Shown here one piece after another: positions 1 to 13,959 of a stretch of DNA of 64,000 nucleotides. The DNA comes from Lingula anatina. Lineage: Eukaryota; Animalia; Brachiopoda. The stretch covers positions 28,110,503 to 28,174,502 of the forward strand of contig CM120640.1 of assembly GCA_051362555.1 (NCBI GenBank), given 5' to 3'. The notes under the pieces are model-generated. The model made no database searches. It was given only the letters and a program-made list of their open reading frames with translations, and was not told the DNA's origin. The first letter of the stretch is position 1. Each line of letters starts with the position of its first letter. The translations under genes and the position numbers were made by a program.

Positions 1-542
1 TGTTTTCTGAAGAATATGTTCCGTTGAGGCCATTCTGACAGTATGAAGCAAATCCTTTAAAAAACCTGAAACAAGCCTGAACCATCATATTCATATCAAA
101 AATTTATAGAACATAATGCTGAAGGCAATAAAAGAAAAATGGTTTTTGTAACAAAATTAAGTGGGTTTTGTCAGCAAGGTTAAAGAGAAATCATAGGTTA
201 TTATCATATGACTGAACAAATGACATCTTTATAACTTAAATTTTGTTAGTTAAAGAAAAAAAAATTGGGAAAATTTTTGGATCATGGACAGAAATTCATG
301 ACAAGAGATGACAAAATCATTTTAATCAGGACAACTTATATTTTCAAAATGATGACAACATTTGGATTCAGCAATATGATTGAGGCAATAAGATGATATT
401 GACAATCAAAGAATTGAGATTAAAAAAAAAAAAGTATAGAAAAGGTAATCAAAATCAGTTTCACATAGCATTTCATGTCAATAATGAGCAACAAGTACCT
501 TTTAACACATTGTTAGGGTAAATTTAACATTTATTCCCTCAC

Positions 543-3500
543 CTCTGTAGGTTCAATAACATGCAGCAGAGGGGGGTCAGCCTTTGGCTCATCTGGGAGT
601 CGCAGACGTATTCTTGTTGTAGCCATATTCAACTCGTCTATAGCAGATATTTGCTCCCTCAACATAAGCCAAATCGACCGTAGATGCTGAAAAAATATTC
701 AGGATAAATAGACAATAAATGTATAATATTGACTGAAAGATGACAGAAACAATCTTAATTATATAAAATTGCCCCTGCAGAAGAAGGCAGAACGATATTA
801 AAAAAAAAAAAAAAAACACAAACTTATCATATAGAAATTATAATAGACTTAATGCATATTTGTGAAATAGTAACCTTGAATTCCTTTTTCATTCCATCCA
901 GCAGTTGAAAGTGAAGCCTTCCATGTTCCATCAGCTCTGAGTCACCTAGAAACATGGAAAATATGAAAAAATGCTTATATCCATTAGAACTATGTATCTT
1001 TTGTTTCCCATATCAAAAAGTTGTTCCTTTGGTAGTAACTTAAAAATAAAGTAACCCCCTCAGACCTATTCAGATGAAAAGATTATCAACCCATATCACA
1101 AATACTGCCAGATGTGACCCTGACAGAAAGCCCTATCTCAAATGATTTTGAAAAATTTAAGGGGTGAATATGAACAGATCGTTATCCTATTACTTACCTC
1201 CAAAATTTCTAGCATAAGTCAATATGTTCTTCAAGACTTTCTGCACTTCACTATCGGCCCAGGTGCCATGGCGTTTCGTCCCCACAGCAACATGCCCCAG
1301 TTCATCAGTCTCATCTGCAGCAAATACTCCTCTGGAAAAATGTCAACACTTCTTTTATAAACTTAAATCAAACAACTGTCCACTTTAAAAATCTGAATGG
1401 ATCTATTCATTTACACTCTTTTCATTACCCAATATATGAATTTGAACTTGTTTTCACTTTAGTAAAAGAAAATATTTGAACCTGTGGTTGTAAGACCTCT
1501 TCCCAGCGGGCAAATCAACATTGAATCAATGTTGAATCAACGTTGATGGTCAACGTTGAAACTATGTTGATATGACGTTGACTATGAAAGTTGACTCAAC
1601 GTTGAACCATCAAGGTTGAATCAACCTTGAGGTATCAATGTTGAATCAACGTTGACGGTCAACGTTGAAACTATGTTGATATGACGTTGACTATGAAAGT
1701 TGACTCAACGTTGAACCATCAAGGTTGAATCAACCTTGAGGTCTCAATGTTGAATCAATGTTGACGGTCAATGTTGAAACTATGTTGATATGACGTTGAC
1801 TATGAAAGTTGACTCAACGTTGAACCATCAAGGTTGAATCAACCTTGAGGTATCAATGTTGAATCAACGTTGACAGTCAACGTTGAAACTATGTTGATAT
1901 GACGTTGACTATGAAAGTTGAATCAACGTTGAACCATCAAGGTTGAATCAACCTTGCGGTATCAATGTTGAATCAACGTTGACAGTCAACGTTGAAACTA
2001 TGTTGATATGACGTTGACTATGAAAGTTGAATCAACGTTGAACCATCAAGGTTGAATCAACCTTGAGGTATCAATGTTGAATCAACGTTGACAGTCAACG
2101 TTGAAACTATGTTGATATGACGTTGACTATGAAAGTTGAATCAACGTTGAACCATCAAGGTTGAATCAACCTTGAACCATCAAGGTTGAAACAACCTTGA
2201 GGTATCAATGTTGAATCAACATTGATACCTCAATGTTGAATCAATGTTGAAATTTGAAAATTGAATTAACGTTGACATATCAATTAGGCTATCAGGATAT
2301 TTGATTGAAATTTGCCTGATGGCCGAAGGTGTTCTCCAAGATATCAAGCATTTCTTGAAATAAAAAGACTCAGATCTGAAAAGGGGGGGAAATTAGGAAA
2401 ATTACTTACAAAAAAAGGTAATTTCGGAAGAAAAGGGGGGGTCCAGACCCCGGGACCGGCCCCTGTATCCACCTATGGGTCGTCAGATTCTTTTTAAACT
2501 TTCCAGTTTGATGCTCAGTGTTACGGACCAAAACAGCCCGAACATAAAAAAAACACAAACAACAACTAACTTAACTATGAATATAATATATTACAAACAA
2601 TGAACATACACTACATAAACTAACTACATGTAATACTATCATGTTGCATAAACTTTAACATTAGTCAAATACAGTTAAATTCTAACAGATTCGTAGACAG
2701 TTAAGTTTTGAAGACGCAATGTCACAGTTTTACGAGTCCTTTTCTGTTAAACGTTCCACCTGATAGTGTGGGGTTTTGAAGACGCAATGTCACCGTTTTC
2801 CATGTCCGTATCTGTTGAACGATCCTCCTGATAGTGTGGCCTCACAAAGTACTGTTAATAAAGTACAGTTTTTGTACTGTAAAAGTGTTACACTCTGTCC
2901 ACACTCACGTGTTGCATCAGTTCATGTTATCCGGAGTCTCGCACTTAATAACAGTCCCGCACTTCATTTTCATTATACAAGTATGCAGGCACATACGGTA
3001 ATTACTAATAAAAATTAAACAACAAAGTAGCTTTACTAAAATAATTATAACGTCACATCAGGTAGTTAAGATAATTTTAAGAATACAAAAACAAAGGGTC
3101 ACCAGTCTAATTTTTTTCTCACAGCTAACTTAAATTTCCAGAAAAACAGGCATTTTTGGCTTTTTCAAGCTTTTTCTTCAACCTTGAGTAAAATTTTGTC
3201 AATTTGCCATAAAGTAAGGCTGGTGACCCTATGTTTTTTCTTTTTCTTAAAGATAACCTGTGGAAAGTTTTAAAAAACTGACGACCGCTTTTTTCACAAA
3301 ATTAATTTTAATGAAAAAGGGGTAAAACAAGTGTTCTATGAGGGGTAATTACCCCTCTGCATACCTCTCTAGTGAGATAATCATTTAAAACTATTATCAA
3401 GGTTATGATTAAGGTTATAAAGTTAAGGTTGGCCCAATGTTGAGATCCAGTTGATATGTCAACATTGACAAAGGGTTTACAAACACAGGTTGATTCAATG

Positions 3501-4870
3501 TTGAAATCCTGTTGATCTATCAACATTGAAAACTGATTGGCAAAGAAAGGTAAAATCAATGTTGAGACCCTGTTGATCTATCAACATTGACAATTGGTTG
3601 ACAAGAAAAGGTTGATTCAATGTTGAAATCCTGTTGATCTATCAACATTGAAAATTGATTGACAAAGAAAGGTTAAATCAATGTTGAGACCCTGTTGATC
3701 TATCAACATTGACAATTGGTTGACAAGAAAAGATTGATTCAATGTTGAAATCCTGTTGATCTATCAACATTGAAAATTGATTGACAAAGAAAGGTTAAAT
3801 CAATGTTGAGACCCTGTTGATCTATCAACATTGACAATTGGTTGACAAGAAAAGGTTGATTCAATGTTGAGATCTTGTTGATCTATCAAAATTGATGGAT
3901 CAACATCATCTCAACCTATCTTCAATGTTGAATCAACGTTGAGTGCCCGCTGGGTTGATGTGTTTAGTTAAATTATTTCATATTATATAATTTAATTAAT
4001 GCAAAAACAGTTTCTTATAAAATATTAAAACACATTAAAATATATACTTACTTATCAACAAATGAGAAGAGTCTAGATTCATACTTGTTAAAAAGTTCAT
4101 CTGCTTTACAATATGGACAGCTGTCAACAAGGTTAACAAGAAAATAGCAGAAGATAATCAATCATTATAGCCGAAGTCAACTGTGAATTAAAATAATAAA
4201 ATGTAACAAGACAACATTAAAGTTTTGTGACTCAAAACTTTATTAGGTAATAATAGGATGTCTGCATATGTCCCAGTACTGTGTAAAGTAGTAAGACTAT
4301 ACATCAGAGCAGCCTGATGTGTTCTTTAAGTCATGACATATTGATATATCCAGTAAATAACAATTACCATGATCATGTTCAGAAAAAAGAAAAAAAAAAC
4401 TCACTCTTTTTTTATCTCCCCTGCTGGTCGAAGACAGCATTCCACTGTGGTGTTGATGACATCCAGTGAAGGTTTACAGCCGAGTTGTCTGAGTGTTGTA
4501 CACAGCTCCTCCCTGGCATTTTGCATCGAGTCTAACTGTTGATAAACAACAAACTGCAGGCCACGGAGGTCACGGAACCTGTGCAGAGCAACAGAATACG
4601 GTAACAAACAGTTTAAATATATTGTATTGTAGTCTATTCTATTCATAGGTTCTATTTTAATATATTCTATTCTGGGATCATTCTACAATAAATTTTCTTG
4701 TAGCCAAACAGATGAATAATCTTAACCAAATCAATATGTGTTGAACTTCATAAAAAATGTGTTGATGTTTTATTTAGTCTGCATAGCATTATATGTTAGG
4801 CATTTGGTTAAATCTTATGATGCTGAAGTGAGCCTCATTATGTCACCAATGCAAAGTATAATGCTGAGTA

Positions 4871-4913
<43 letters not shown>

Positions 4914-6519
4914 ATATCAACACTTCCTTTGTAATTGGTGGATGGAAATCAAAATTTGTTTTTGACATAACTGACCTGTATGCAATACTTGTCATGTCTG
5001 AATTAGGATTGGACAGTAAGTCATCTTTGATTCTTTCTATCAGTACATCATCCATGTCTGATGCCACCACCCACTGGATCAGATCCATCCACCAGTGCTG
5101 GCCACCACGGAACTTGGAGATCAGATAAAAAGAGTTTAAATATTGGTGAAGCCCTGGAATCATATGCTACCAATTCATGAACAACGTTTAATGCTCAGAG
5201 ACAGCTGTATTTTCGGACTGTAGAAAAAACGTGTCTGCAAATTTCCCTTTGCCTGCTTCATGAAAATGATCATTCAAGAAAAATGACATAAGAAATTAGT
5301 TTTACCTTTGCTGTGAGTTCTCTGATCTGTCTTTGGACTGGTAGGGCTGCTTCCTGGACTGCTTTTACATTAGCCTCTGCCTTCATGAGATACTTGTGCC
5401 TCATTTCATCAGCCTGTTGAAGAAATACATTTTAAAAAAAACCAATGCTGTCAATAACCAGTCATATCCCTTTAGCCAAATCTGTTTTCCAAATTTAAAA
5501 TGTTTTTCATCACAGTAACTGCACATATATCCCAGATCTCTTTGGTTTTATTAAAACATTTGATAAACTTATACTTCATATATACAAAAAGTAACCACAA
5601 GGCACTAATCCCAATAATCATATAACTACCATCTCCTTGAGCTTGTCGTCCTGCAGTGTAGGAGGAATCCCAGGATAGTTCTGGATTAATATCTCATGTA
5701 GGTTGTGAAGAGCATGGATCTGCTGCAGATCATCGGTTCTCAATTCGGCCTTGTGTTCTCCCACAGACCTTAACACTTCCCTATACTTCTCTGCTGCCTC
5801 GGCATACTGAAAGACAAGAATTACAGATGACATAATGACAATGACGCAAATGATGTATAATACAAGTTTACCTCTTTACAATACATCTCTGGTGTTTCAC
5901 AATAAAAAGTAAATCAATGAATAAAATTAACTTACCTCTCCCTTAATGATGCACACAGCTGCTAGGCCATTTAAACCTGCAACCACTTGTCTATGTGCTT
6001 CCTCACACTCCACTCTACTCTTCTTTGTAAGAGACTCCAGCAGTTCCTCCATGGTCATTGCACTAAAACATATGTTTAATGTCTCACAGTTCAATTATCT
6101 TTTTAATCTTTCTATTAAATCAAAACTGAAGGGTTCAATACATTAAATTAAAAAAAAATCTAATTCAGAGAAAAAAATCAACTATGTGCTTCTGTTATTT
6201 TTATATAACACAAGGTAAAAGTAAAAGAAAAAACTTTAACCTTTTCTGAATAGGGACAAACTCTCCTCTCACAGCTTGAGGATGACAACATGCCTGGCGG
6301 AGCTTTACCAGTGGATATAGCAGCTAAAATAAGCATGAAAAATTCTATCAAAGCTCTGATAAACAATATCAGAGAAACATTCATGAATCTTTGAAAAAAA
6401 AAAAAGGGGGGGGGGGGGGGTTAACAATTTAATAATAGATGACATCAACCTTTTCATCTTATGTGACTCTAATGAATAGACATAGTGCTTGGCTACAAAA
6501 AAAATAAAATAAATAATAA

Positions 6520-6594
<75 letters not shown>

Positions 6595-7537
6595 AACAAT
6601 TAGCTTTAAGTCTACGGATTTGCAACCAGTCCTACCTGGCTCATGGTGTGTCTATCCAGGCTATTTAATTTGATATCATTGTCTGACCACTTTCCCAGAT
6701 TCTGAAATGAAAAAAAAGTGTATTAAATCAAGGACCAGATTGCGTCACTTTTCAGTTGTATACAAAGATAGTGACTGTTTTGAGCAGTGGCACTGATCAA
6801 ATATTGGTAAAAGCTTTAAAATTTTAGGTTAGTATCAGACATACTTTCATAGCTACACTGTAACAGTCCGAGAACTGTCTCCTGTAAAAGTGTTCTTCAA
6901 CTGGAGAAAAGGTCAACCAGTGCATCTTCTCTGTTTGAGGAGGAAGATTGATCTGAAAAAGAATACTTGGCAATACATACATGTATGGATGAAACACCTA
7001 AGTTATCATTTATTTACCCTTTTATGTAATATTAATCACTAAATTTAATATCCGATGTAATATCACTTACTGAAATCATCTAACAATACATGCATCATTC
7101 CGATTGTCCTAAACTCTTATTTAGAGGTTCTGTAAATAGGTTGTTTTGTTCAGTACCTTTTTCCCCCATTGCGCTACAAAAATTCAAAATGACCTACTTC
7201 ATTAAAGGATATGAATTACCTGATCAATAACATCATGCTTGGCATTTCTCCACAGAACATTAGCAACTGTTTTATTCAATGCTTCTGGGAATCCAAAGCA
7301 AAATGGTTCATAAAGACACTTGTACCACCAGTGTTGTACCCAGTAGGGATCCACACCAAGAAAGAGTAGGAGGCCATAAAGATCTAAAAACAGAAATTAC
7401 CATCAGAAATACACTGCTGTCTAATTTAATAGAAAGCATTTTGGAGGTCACACATGATAAAGCATCAATCTTATATGGAATAAACAAATATGCAAGAAAA
7501 CTGCATTAGTGAGCACAGGAATATAATTAAAATATAA

Positions 7538-7632
<95 letters not shown>

Positions 7633-10600
7633 CATATGTATTATAAGCTTTCTCTGTTTCTGTAGCTGTCTATTAGTGCCATACTAACCATTTATGCTCC
7701 TCTGAATAGGAGTCCCTGTCACACACCATCTGTTAATGGCAGAGAGCCTCAGTGCCATGTCTGCTGTCTAGATATGGCATAAAAAAGAATTCACTGCACA
7801 CATTTGTACTATTCAATTTTTTTGCAAGCAAAAGAGAGAGAGAGAGAGTAAGATTTTCATAATAGTTGAGAACTCTACAGAATGTCCAATTGGTTTGCAG
7901 GCTAGTTTAAAACTTGTTTTAGATTGCTGTATATGGATTGACAATCTCTGTGGTAAATTTGATGTCTATTCACAACAAAAGTAACTTTCAGGGTTAGGTG
8001 CATTGTTATTAATAAAAACATTAGACCATTAGGTTTTACCTTTGTTGTAACACATTCCACCATTTGAGCCTCATCTAAACAAATCTAAAAAAATACAAAA
8101 AATAGGAAGATCAAATTGAGGTTAAGTGAAGATATTTTCATCAAAGATAATTTTCTACTTATGTTTTCAAACAAACACTTAAAAAATTTAAAGGAATCTT
8201 GCCAGATAATTCGAACCTACCCTCCACCATTCCACAGCTATGATCGGGGAGGGAACTGCCATGAAACGTTTCGGGTGTCGAAACCTCCTCCCAAGTTCAC
8301 CTAAATGAAATAGGCTTAATTGATAGAAAGCACACTTTTTCCAAGAGCTTAAAAACAGAGACACTGTTGTTGGATGGTGTTAAAAATATTGACATATAAG
8401 CTGTAATAAGCAGTTTCCATTTTGCCACATTTTGCATCAAAATACCCAACACAAGTGTTGATAATGTGTCAACTTTAATATGACATTAATACCTAATTTT
8501 AACCATGTAGCACTCAAAAGACTATGTAGGTTTGACTAAAATTTAAAGAGGTGTTCAGTATTTACATTACAAGATAAAGTTAAATTACATTGAAGATAAT
8601 TTAAAAACTGATAAAATTTCCAAGCAGGATCCCATTCATTAACTTACTATTGCTATGTGGCAAATCCACATAGTTGACTTCAGATCTAAGAGTCTCATAT
8701 GTAGTGATGACAAGATCCTGGCTGGCCAGTGTCTGTGGCTGTATGTACTGCTTCTTACTCACTCCCTTATATACCTGAAGCATTGAAGAGTGTTAATTTT
8801 GTTCAGAATAATAACAATAATAATAAATCTACCAATTTTGCAATAGTATTTTCTTTTATCAAAACCTATTAATACAGTAAGATAAAGTTGTACTCATAAA
8901 TAATATTAATTATTCAAAAACACAACAAATGATCTTGCTCTGCACTGTCAACAAAAATAAAATCTCTCAAAGGCAGCTGAATACACTTGTAATAGACTAT
9001 AGCATGTACAACATCTCTATCAGATTTAACATACATACCAAGACTTTCATGGCCTCCTGTTTGACATGTTTCTTTATCTCTTCTACCCACTGGTGACATA
9101 TAGCATTTGGTGCAATGATGAGAGTTGCACAGGAATGGACTGGAGGCTGGTAGGGAAAATCAACATGCTTATGAATTAGACTGCATTCCCACAGATTGAG
9201 ATCGATCCATCTGGATCGACCTAACTCCCTGGTGGTTCACGCTAAATTATTGTCAGCGGAGTGCGCACGGAAGTTAATTACCCCCTTACGGCTTTTAGTA
9301 GGCAGGACAGACATTTAAGCTGGCTAAGTTGACAGTTATCTAGTTAGACTCCCCACGGGGATAGATCGATCTAGAATCTGTGGGAATGCAGTCTTAGATA
9401 TGAAAGAACTTGAACACTTTATCTAACAGGAAGCCACCTCTAAGTTATATCAAATACAAGTACTTATTTATGAGGATTTGTATTAAAAGTGTCTCCCTAT
9501 TACATATTACATTCAAAATAAGCTTCATTCAGTACCTAATTTAACTGAATTGTTGCAAGGTACATTATGGTACAAGAATTTTTTGAGTAATTAAAATGAA
9601 ATTATGGGATGTAAATAAAATGTTAAATCATCAATGCAAACAGTCTTAACACCCTCTTTATTATCTTTAAAAAAATGCTAGCTTTTTACTGAAACAAAAA
9701 CTATTACAAAATCTGACAACTTACAGTACCTAACTATACATATAATAAGCTGTCAGATCATCAACACAGAGCATAGACACTTACAGAAGCCACATGGCAA
9801 TGTGGACATTTATATACGCCTCGGTATGGATCAGTGAGGTCATATGCCAGGCATTCAGCATGTTGCCACAGACCACATCTTTCACACTGGACTCTGGGCT
9901 TGGGATCATAGTCCTCATCTTTTGTGCCACAGACACACTCAAAGAACTCCTTCTGGTCAACCTTGTCAGTAAACCCTTTAGATGGCACTGGTGCTTCATC
10001 AACTGGGACAAGAATTTCATATTTTTGGGACTTTTTTGTTCTTTTAGGTCCATCAGGATTTTTGTCATTTTCTACTTTCCCATTCGACTCAGTTTTCTTT
10101 CTTTGAGTTAAGTTTTTCTTCTTGGCTGAGTTCTTCTTCCAACTCTTCCTACTGGTTTTTCTTTTTCCTTTCTTACTTTTTGTCTTCATCTTAGATTCAA
10201 CAGAAACTGTATCAGAATCTACAGTAAAATTTGAACCAGTCATTTCTTCAACAAATTGGCTTTTGTGAGCAACAGATGTTTCAGTCCCATCACCTTGACC
10301 TTCATGCAGATCTTCCAACAAAGGATCTTCGATGGAACTCATGCTCTCTGTTTGAGGGCCATCCTCTTTATTCACAATTGTTTCACACTTCGTTTTGTGA
10401 CTTTTTTTCTGATCTTCTAACTGCATTGCACTTTGCCCTGGTGTAATCAAATTTCCCTGAGAGGTATCTGTGAAAGGCTCACTCTCCAGTGTCTTGGAAG
10501 CCTCTCCTTCAGTTATTGCACAGTGTACTGATGCCACGGAGTTACTGGCACACATCTCGTCAGACAAACCACTTGTTTTCAGTTCAGCTTCACCAGACAA

Positions 10601-13349
10601 CTGTTCATCTCGTTTACAGTGGTTTGCACTGTTCTGCGAATCACTTTCACAGAGTTTCAAAATATCCTGCTTACTCCCTTCAGAGTCATTACTTATTGCA
10701 CTTTGCTGCATCACAGTAACTATATGCTCTGACAAATGTACTGGTGGCCCTTCACTTTTGTTATTATTTACAATGGGGAATTTGACAGGTTGGAGTTCCT
10801 GATTTTCCTCTGAGGATTCAACCTCTGGAACTAAGCTGTCAGAGGCAGTCAACGAGGGTAACGAACAGTTGGATTGTTCAGTATTTTCAGAAATACAAGC
10901 ATCGGGATGTTGTTCTTCATTCATTTTCTGAAGGCATGATCAAAACAAGAATCAGATTTCTAACTAATGATATTCATTGTCAAACAACATGAAACATTTC
11001 AAAGTTAATAGTGAAACAGATTTTAAAAAATCATAATAGAAAATCCAGGCTTATGTAATACTTCATAATTTTTCTTAGACAAACTAATATGACTATTATT
11101 TGGTTTTTATGCAAATCTTTAACTTATAATAAAGACTGAACAGACATGCTGCAAAGATTTTTGCAGGGGTCACAAACCTTCACATAACCAGTGGATGGTT
11201 CCATAGGAATTGGAGGGGGCAGGTCTGTCCTTGGATGGTTCAAGACACATGCCAGAACTTCTACTGTCTTCCCTAATCCCATCTCGTCTCCCAATATCCC
11301 ACCAGGTGGAGACACTACTGACATAGGTCTCCAGTTTATAACGCTAGAACAAGAATTGGAGTTGCTTATATAATATATAACCTAGAAATTTAGTAATAAG
11401 AACAAAAACTGAACACATTTTCCCACTGGGGTGAGAACCAAAAATAGTATATGCTAAAGTGGACATACTACATGTACATGCAGTAATTTAGATTGTTGAT
11501 ATATAATATATATGGCTAAACCTGCAATTCATATAGGTAACGTTAGTTCCCTCTATTTTAGTGATTAATCATAAACAACATTATCATGTACCGATTTACA
11601 TTCTTGACTCTAATTGTCTAAAATCATTCCTTTCACAAAAAGTCATGAACTTCATGAACTTTCTCACTGAAACTCTCCATGATATATATATATATCCTCC
11701 CTATGTAGGAACTATAGCTTTACTTATTTTCTACATGTTTCCTGTATGTACATATATATATATACAAATAAATAAATAAATAAATAAAAACTTACCAGCC
11801 ACCCCATTTGTTGTAATATAATAATTTCCCATCACTGGTTTGGAGTTCTTCAAACAGGCAATGTAATTTGGCTGAAAGGACATAAATTAAAACATGTTTC
11901 AACAATCAAAATTTGTACTGTAAAAACAAACTGAAAAATTATTTTAAGTAACGACAAGTAAAAGATAACAGCACATTTTGCTTTACAGAGATGATAATGT
12001 AACACACCTACACAGTCATAAATTATTTTTAAAAAGTACTAAAACCAAAGAAAAAGTTAAACCTAAGATACAGTTAATTAAATAAAAAGGAAATTAACAT
12101 AGTAAATGATTTACTCTCAACTGGATCATTTTCCCTTCCGTATCTCTCTTTCTCCAACATCCACAGCACAGCATCTTTTTGATATTCCCGCAACACTGGT
12201 TTAAGACCAACATGCTGGACATCAAAACTGACTTGTCTTTTCTCCTTCTGGTGATAATTCTTAACTGTCCTAAATAAGCCATCAATATCATGTTTCTTCT
12301 GGAATGTATGTCCAAAATAATCTGAAATGAATGAATGAATGAATGAATGAATGAATGAATGAATAACTTATGGAATAGTAGAAAAAACATAAGATCCAGC
12401 AGGTCAATGAAACAATATATTTTCTGTGTAAAATTACTGTTTACTTGAAATATATCATATAACATAAAAGTTTAACAATGGTAGATATAAATTTGTTAAA
12501 ATATGAGAAATACATCTTCATCACCAGTATATCAAATGCAGTATATCAGACTTACTAAAAGTCAAATGCATGGATCAGGATTTCTTGTTTACCTTGAGTT
12601 CTAATTCCATAGAAATATTCTATAACTTTTTCAATTGCTGTGGTCTTTCTTGATGAAGCACTTGTAGAGACTGTCTTCTCACTGGCAAAAGCCTGATTAC
12701 TCAATCCAGACTCAAGCAAGTGAAGGCATATTTCTATCTCGCCGGTCACTGGATCGAAACTGTTGTAGACCAATAGAAAACATTTGAGCTGTAGCCCTTT
12801 CAGTAATTCCTGTGTAAGATTCCCTGTATATACAGTATAAAATATCTGATTCTTATCACACGGAGATGAATTGGGCACAGAGCTTGACGGGCCTGGTTGA
12901 GATAGCTGGTCATCTTCAGTTTCAAAATATACAAAACTGCAACCTGGAATTTCACTAACATATAGCCAGAATTCTTCACTTTTTGGCAGTATATCTTCAA
13001 TCTGGCATTGACTCTCTTGTGTTAGTTTAATTTTGAATGAACCAAGCAGACATGACCAAGCACTACCTTTCAAGCTAAAGGTATTCCTAACAGTCAAATA
13101 AAAATCACAATCATCTAAGTGCTTCTGTAGTTTTTGGTTAACAGTAGTCTGTGAAAGATGTGATGATTTTTTGAGATTGCAAGCAGTATCATCTGTTTCC
13201 TTACAAGTAATCTCTGATGCACTGGTACAAGTGTCTACTGACTGGATATCCACAGTTTGGGCTAGCATGTCCTGCATGTTCCACGAGAGACATTTTAGTT
13301 TCTTTGCATCAGTTCTATTTGGTTTATTTTGTTTCCTCTTACTGGACAT
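543..13349 (-). CDS. SHPRH: E3 ubiquitin ligase / SNF2-family ATPase SHPRH, partial (RING and helicase C-terminal part lie beyond the left edge). Coding exons: 13349-12593, 12321-12115, 11871-11796, 11343-11178, 10927-9785, 9146-9039, 8774-8648, 8300-8221, 8084-8040, 7767-7689, 7383-7220, 6952-6845, 6701-6636, 6323-6241, 6062-5936, 5806-5630, 5413-5306, 5112-4976, 4578-4405, 4120-4052, 1331-1198, 945-875, 686-543
   Basis: Spliced exons (all GT-AG, phases consistent, 4350 nt = 1450 codons) give LKPVLREYQKDAVLWML, Walker A GGILGDEMGLGKT, PHD finger CVCG...CERCGLWQHAEC...CPHC inserted in the SNF2 domain, ATLIIAP...QWVEEI, EWWRICLDEAQ (Walker B), RWCVTGTPIQ, LRQACCHPQ, ECEEAHRQVVAGLNGLA. A PHD inside the SNF2 N-lobe is the SHPRH architecture. 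Confidence 0.95.
1512..2250. repeat. Left subterminal array: about 6 copies of a 109-bp unit built from TCAACGTTGA-type palindromes
   Basis: Marker CTATGTTGAT recurs at 1562, 1671, 1780, 1889, 1998, 2107 (period 109). Confidence 0.95.
3489..3942. repeat. Right subterminal array: about 3.5 copies of a 122-bp unit (dimer of two ~61-bp subunits)
   Basis: AAATCCT recurs at 3504, 3626, 3748; TGTTGATCTATCAACA hairpin in every subunit. Confidence 0.92.
4870..4915. repeat. (TAAA)n microsatellite
   Basis: Direct reading. Confidence 0.95.
6518..6594. repeat. (TAAA)n microsatellite
   Basis: Direct reading. Confidence 0.95.
7542..7629. repeat. (TA)n microsatellite
   Basis: Direct reading. Confidence 0.95.
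9179..9393. mobile_element. MITE family A, copy 1 (215 bp, PIF/Harbinger-type)
   Basis: Perfect 19-bp TIR GACTGCATTCCCACAGATT / AATCTGTGGGAATGCAGTC extending to ~30 bp; TTA on both flanks; homologous copies at 15943 and 36699. Confidence 0.9.
12327..12364. repeat. (GAAT)n microsatellite next to the SHPRH acceptor at 12321
   Basis: Direct reading; reads (ATTC)n on the coding strand. Confidence 0.9.
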
Positions 13350-13959
13350 TTTTGTAAATATTGTACCAAATTGTTGTTGTACACAAATATTTAATCCCGT
13401 AAAAGCTCTTCCTGTCTTTATTCCAGCTTAACATCTAATGCTCTGAAATATAAGCATAAATGCAAAATTTTATCAAATATTTCAACTTGAACACTTCTTC
13501 GGATCTTTATGTCTACTATGTATATAACGAAAAGCCGGGGTTTACACTTTTCTTTCTACATCTGAATTTGATAACTGGGTACAATAATTGTACTTTATTG
13601 TTAGCGTAGTGGATAAATTTAGCTACTGGCACGTAATAAAGCTACGTGTACCAGGCTGCACAATGGAGGATCACAACCAGATACCCGGTCACTGCTCCTG
13701 AATAAAAAGTGATTTCCCTTTTCGCTTTTGTCTCATTAAATACCTTGCATCTAAGAACGAAATCTAAGGCAGTAGCCTCCAAAATTGAGTGAGAGGTTGG
13801 TCTTAGCAAGCATTGCAGCAGTGCAATAATACTAGCGCAGCAGCAGCGGACGAAGCCACAAAAGACCTTTAGAACTAAGAAATTTTCAATTCCTCATAGG
13901 AAAAAGAGTGATTATAATAAAAGCTATAAAACTGTAATGAAACAGAAAGTAAGAGTTAT

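Larger units (their letters stand above)
1502..3954. mobile_element. Non-autonomous TIR DNA transposon (CCC...GGG ends, 2-bp TSD; probably animal EnSpm/CACTA-type) in SHPRH intron 1332-4051
   Basis: Left end CCCAGCGGGCA (1502) and right end TGCCCGCTGGG (3954) form a perfect 11-bp inverted repeat with imperfect extension; TT on both flanks (1500-1501, 3955-3956); subterminal tandem arrays; no transposase ORF. Superfamily is inferred from termini and TSD length. Confidence 0.8.

Noticed and set aside
230-480. Recurring ATGACAA words
   Set aside because: No fixed period or termini; compatible with AT-rich intron background.
1512-3942. Palindromic arrays as a CRISPR-like locus
   Set aside because: Units are near-identical throughout with no unique spacers, no cas genes, and the arrays sit inside TIRs in a eukaryotic intron.
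8330-8555. Possible decayed CAC...GTG MITE in a SHPRH intron
   Set aside because: Termini and TSD could not be defined with confidence.
9781-10802. Cluster of antisense and alternative-frame ORFs
   Set aside because: Shadows of the large SHPRH exon; the same applies to 58531-59177 and 61091-61348.
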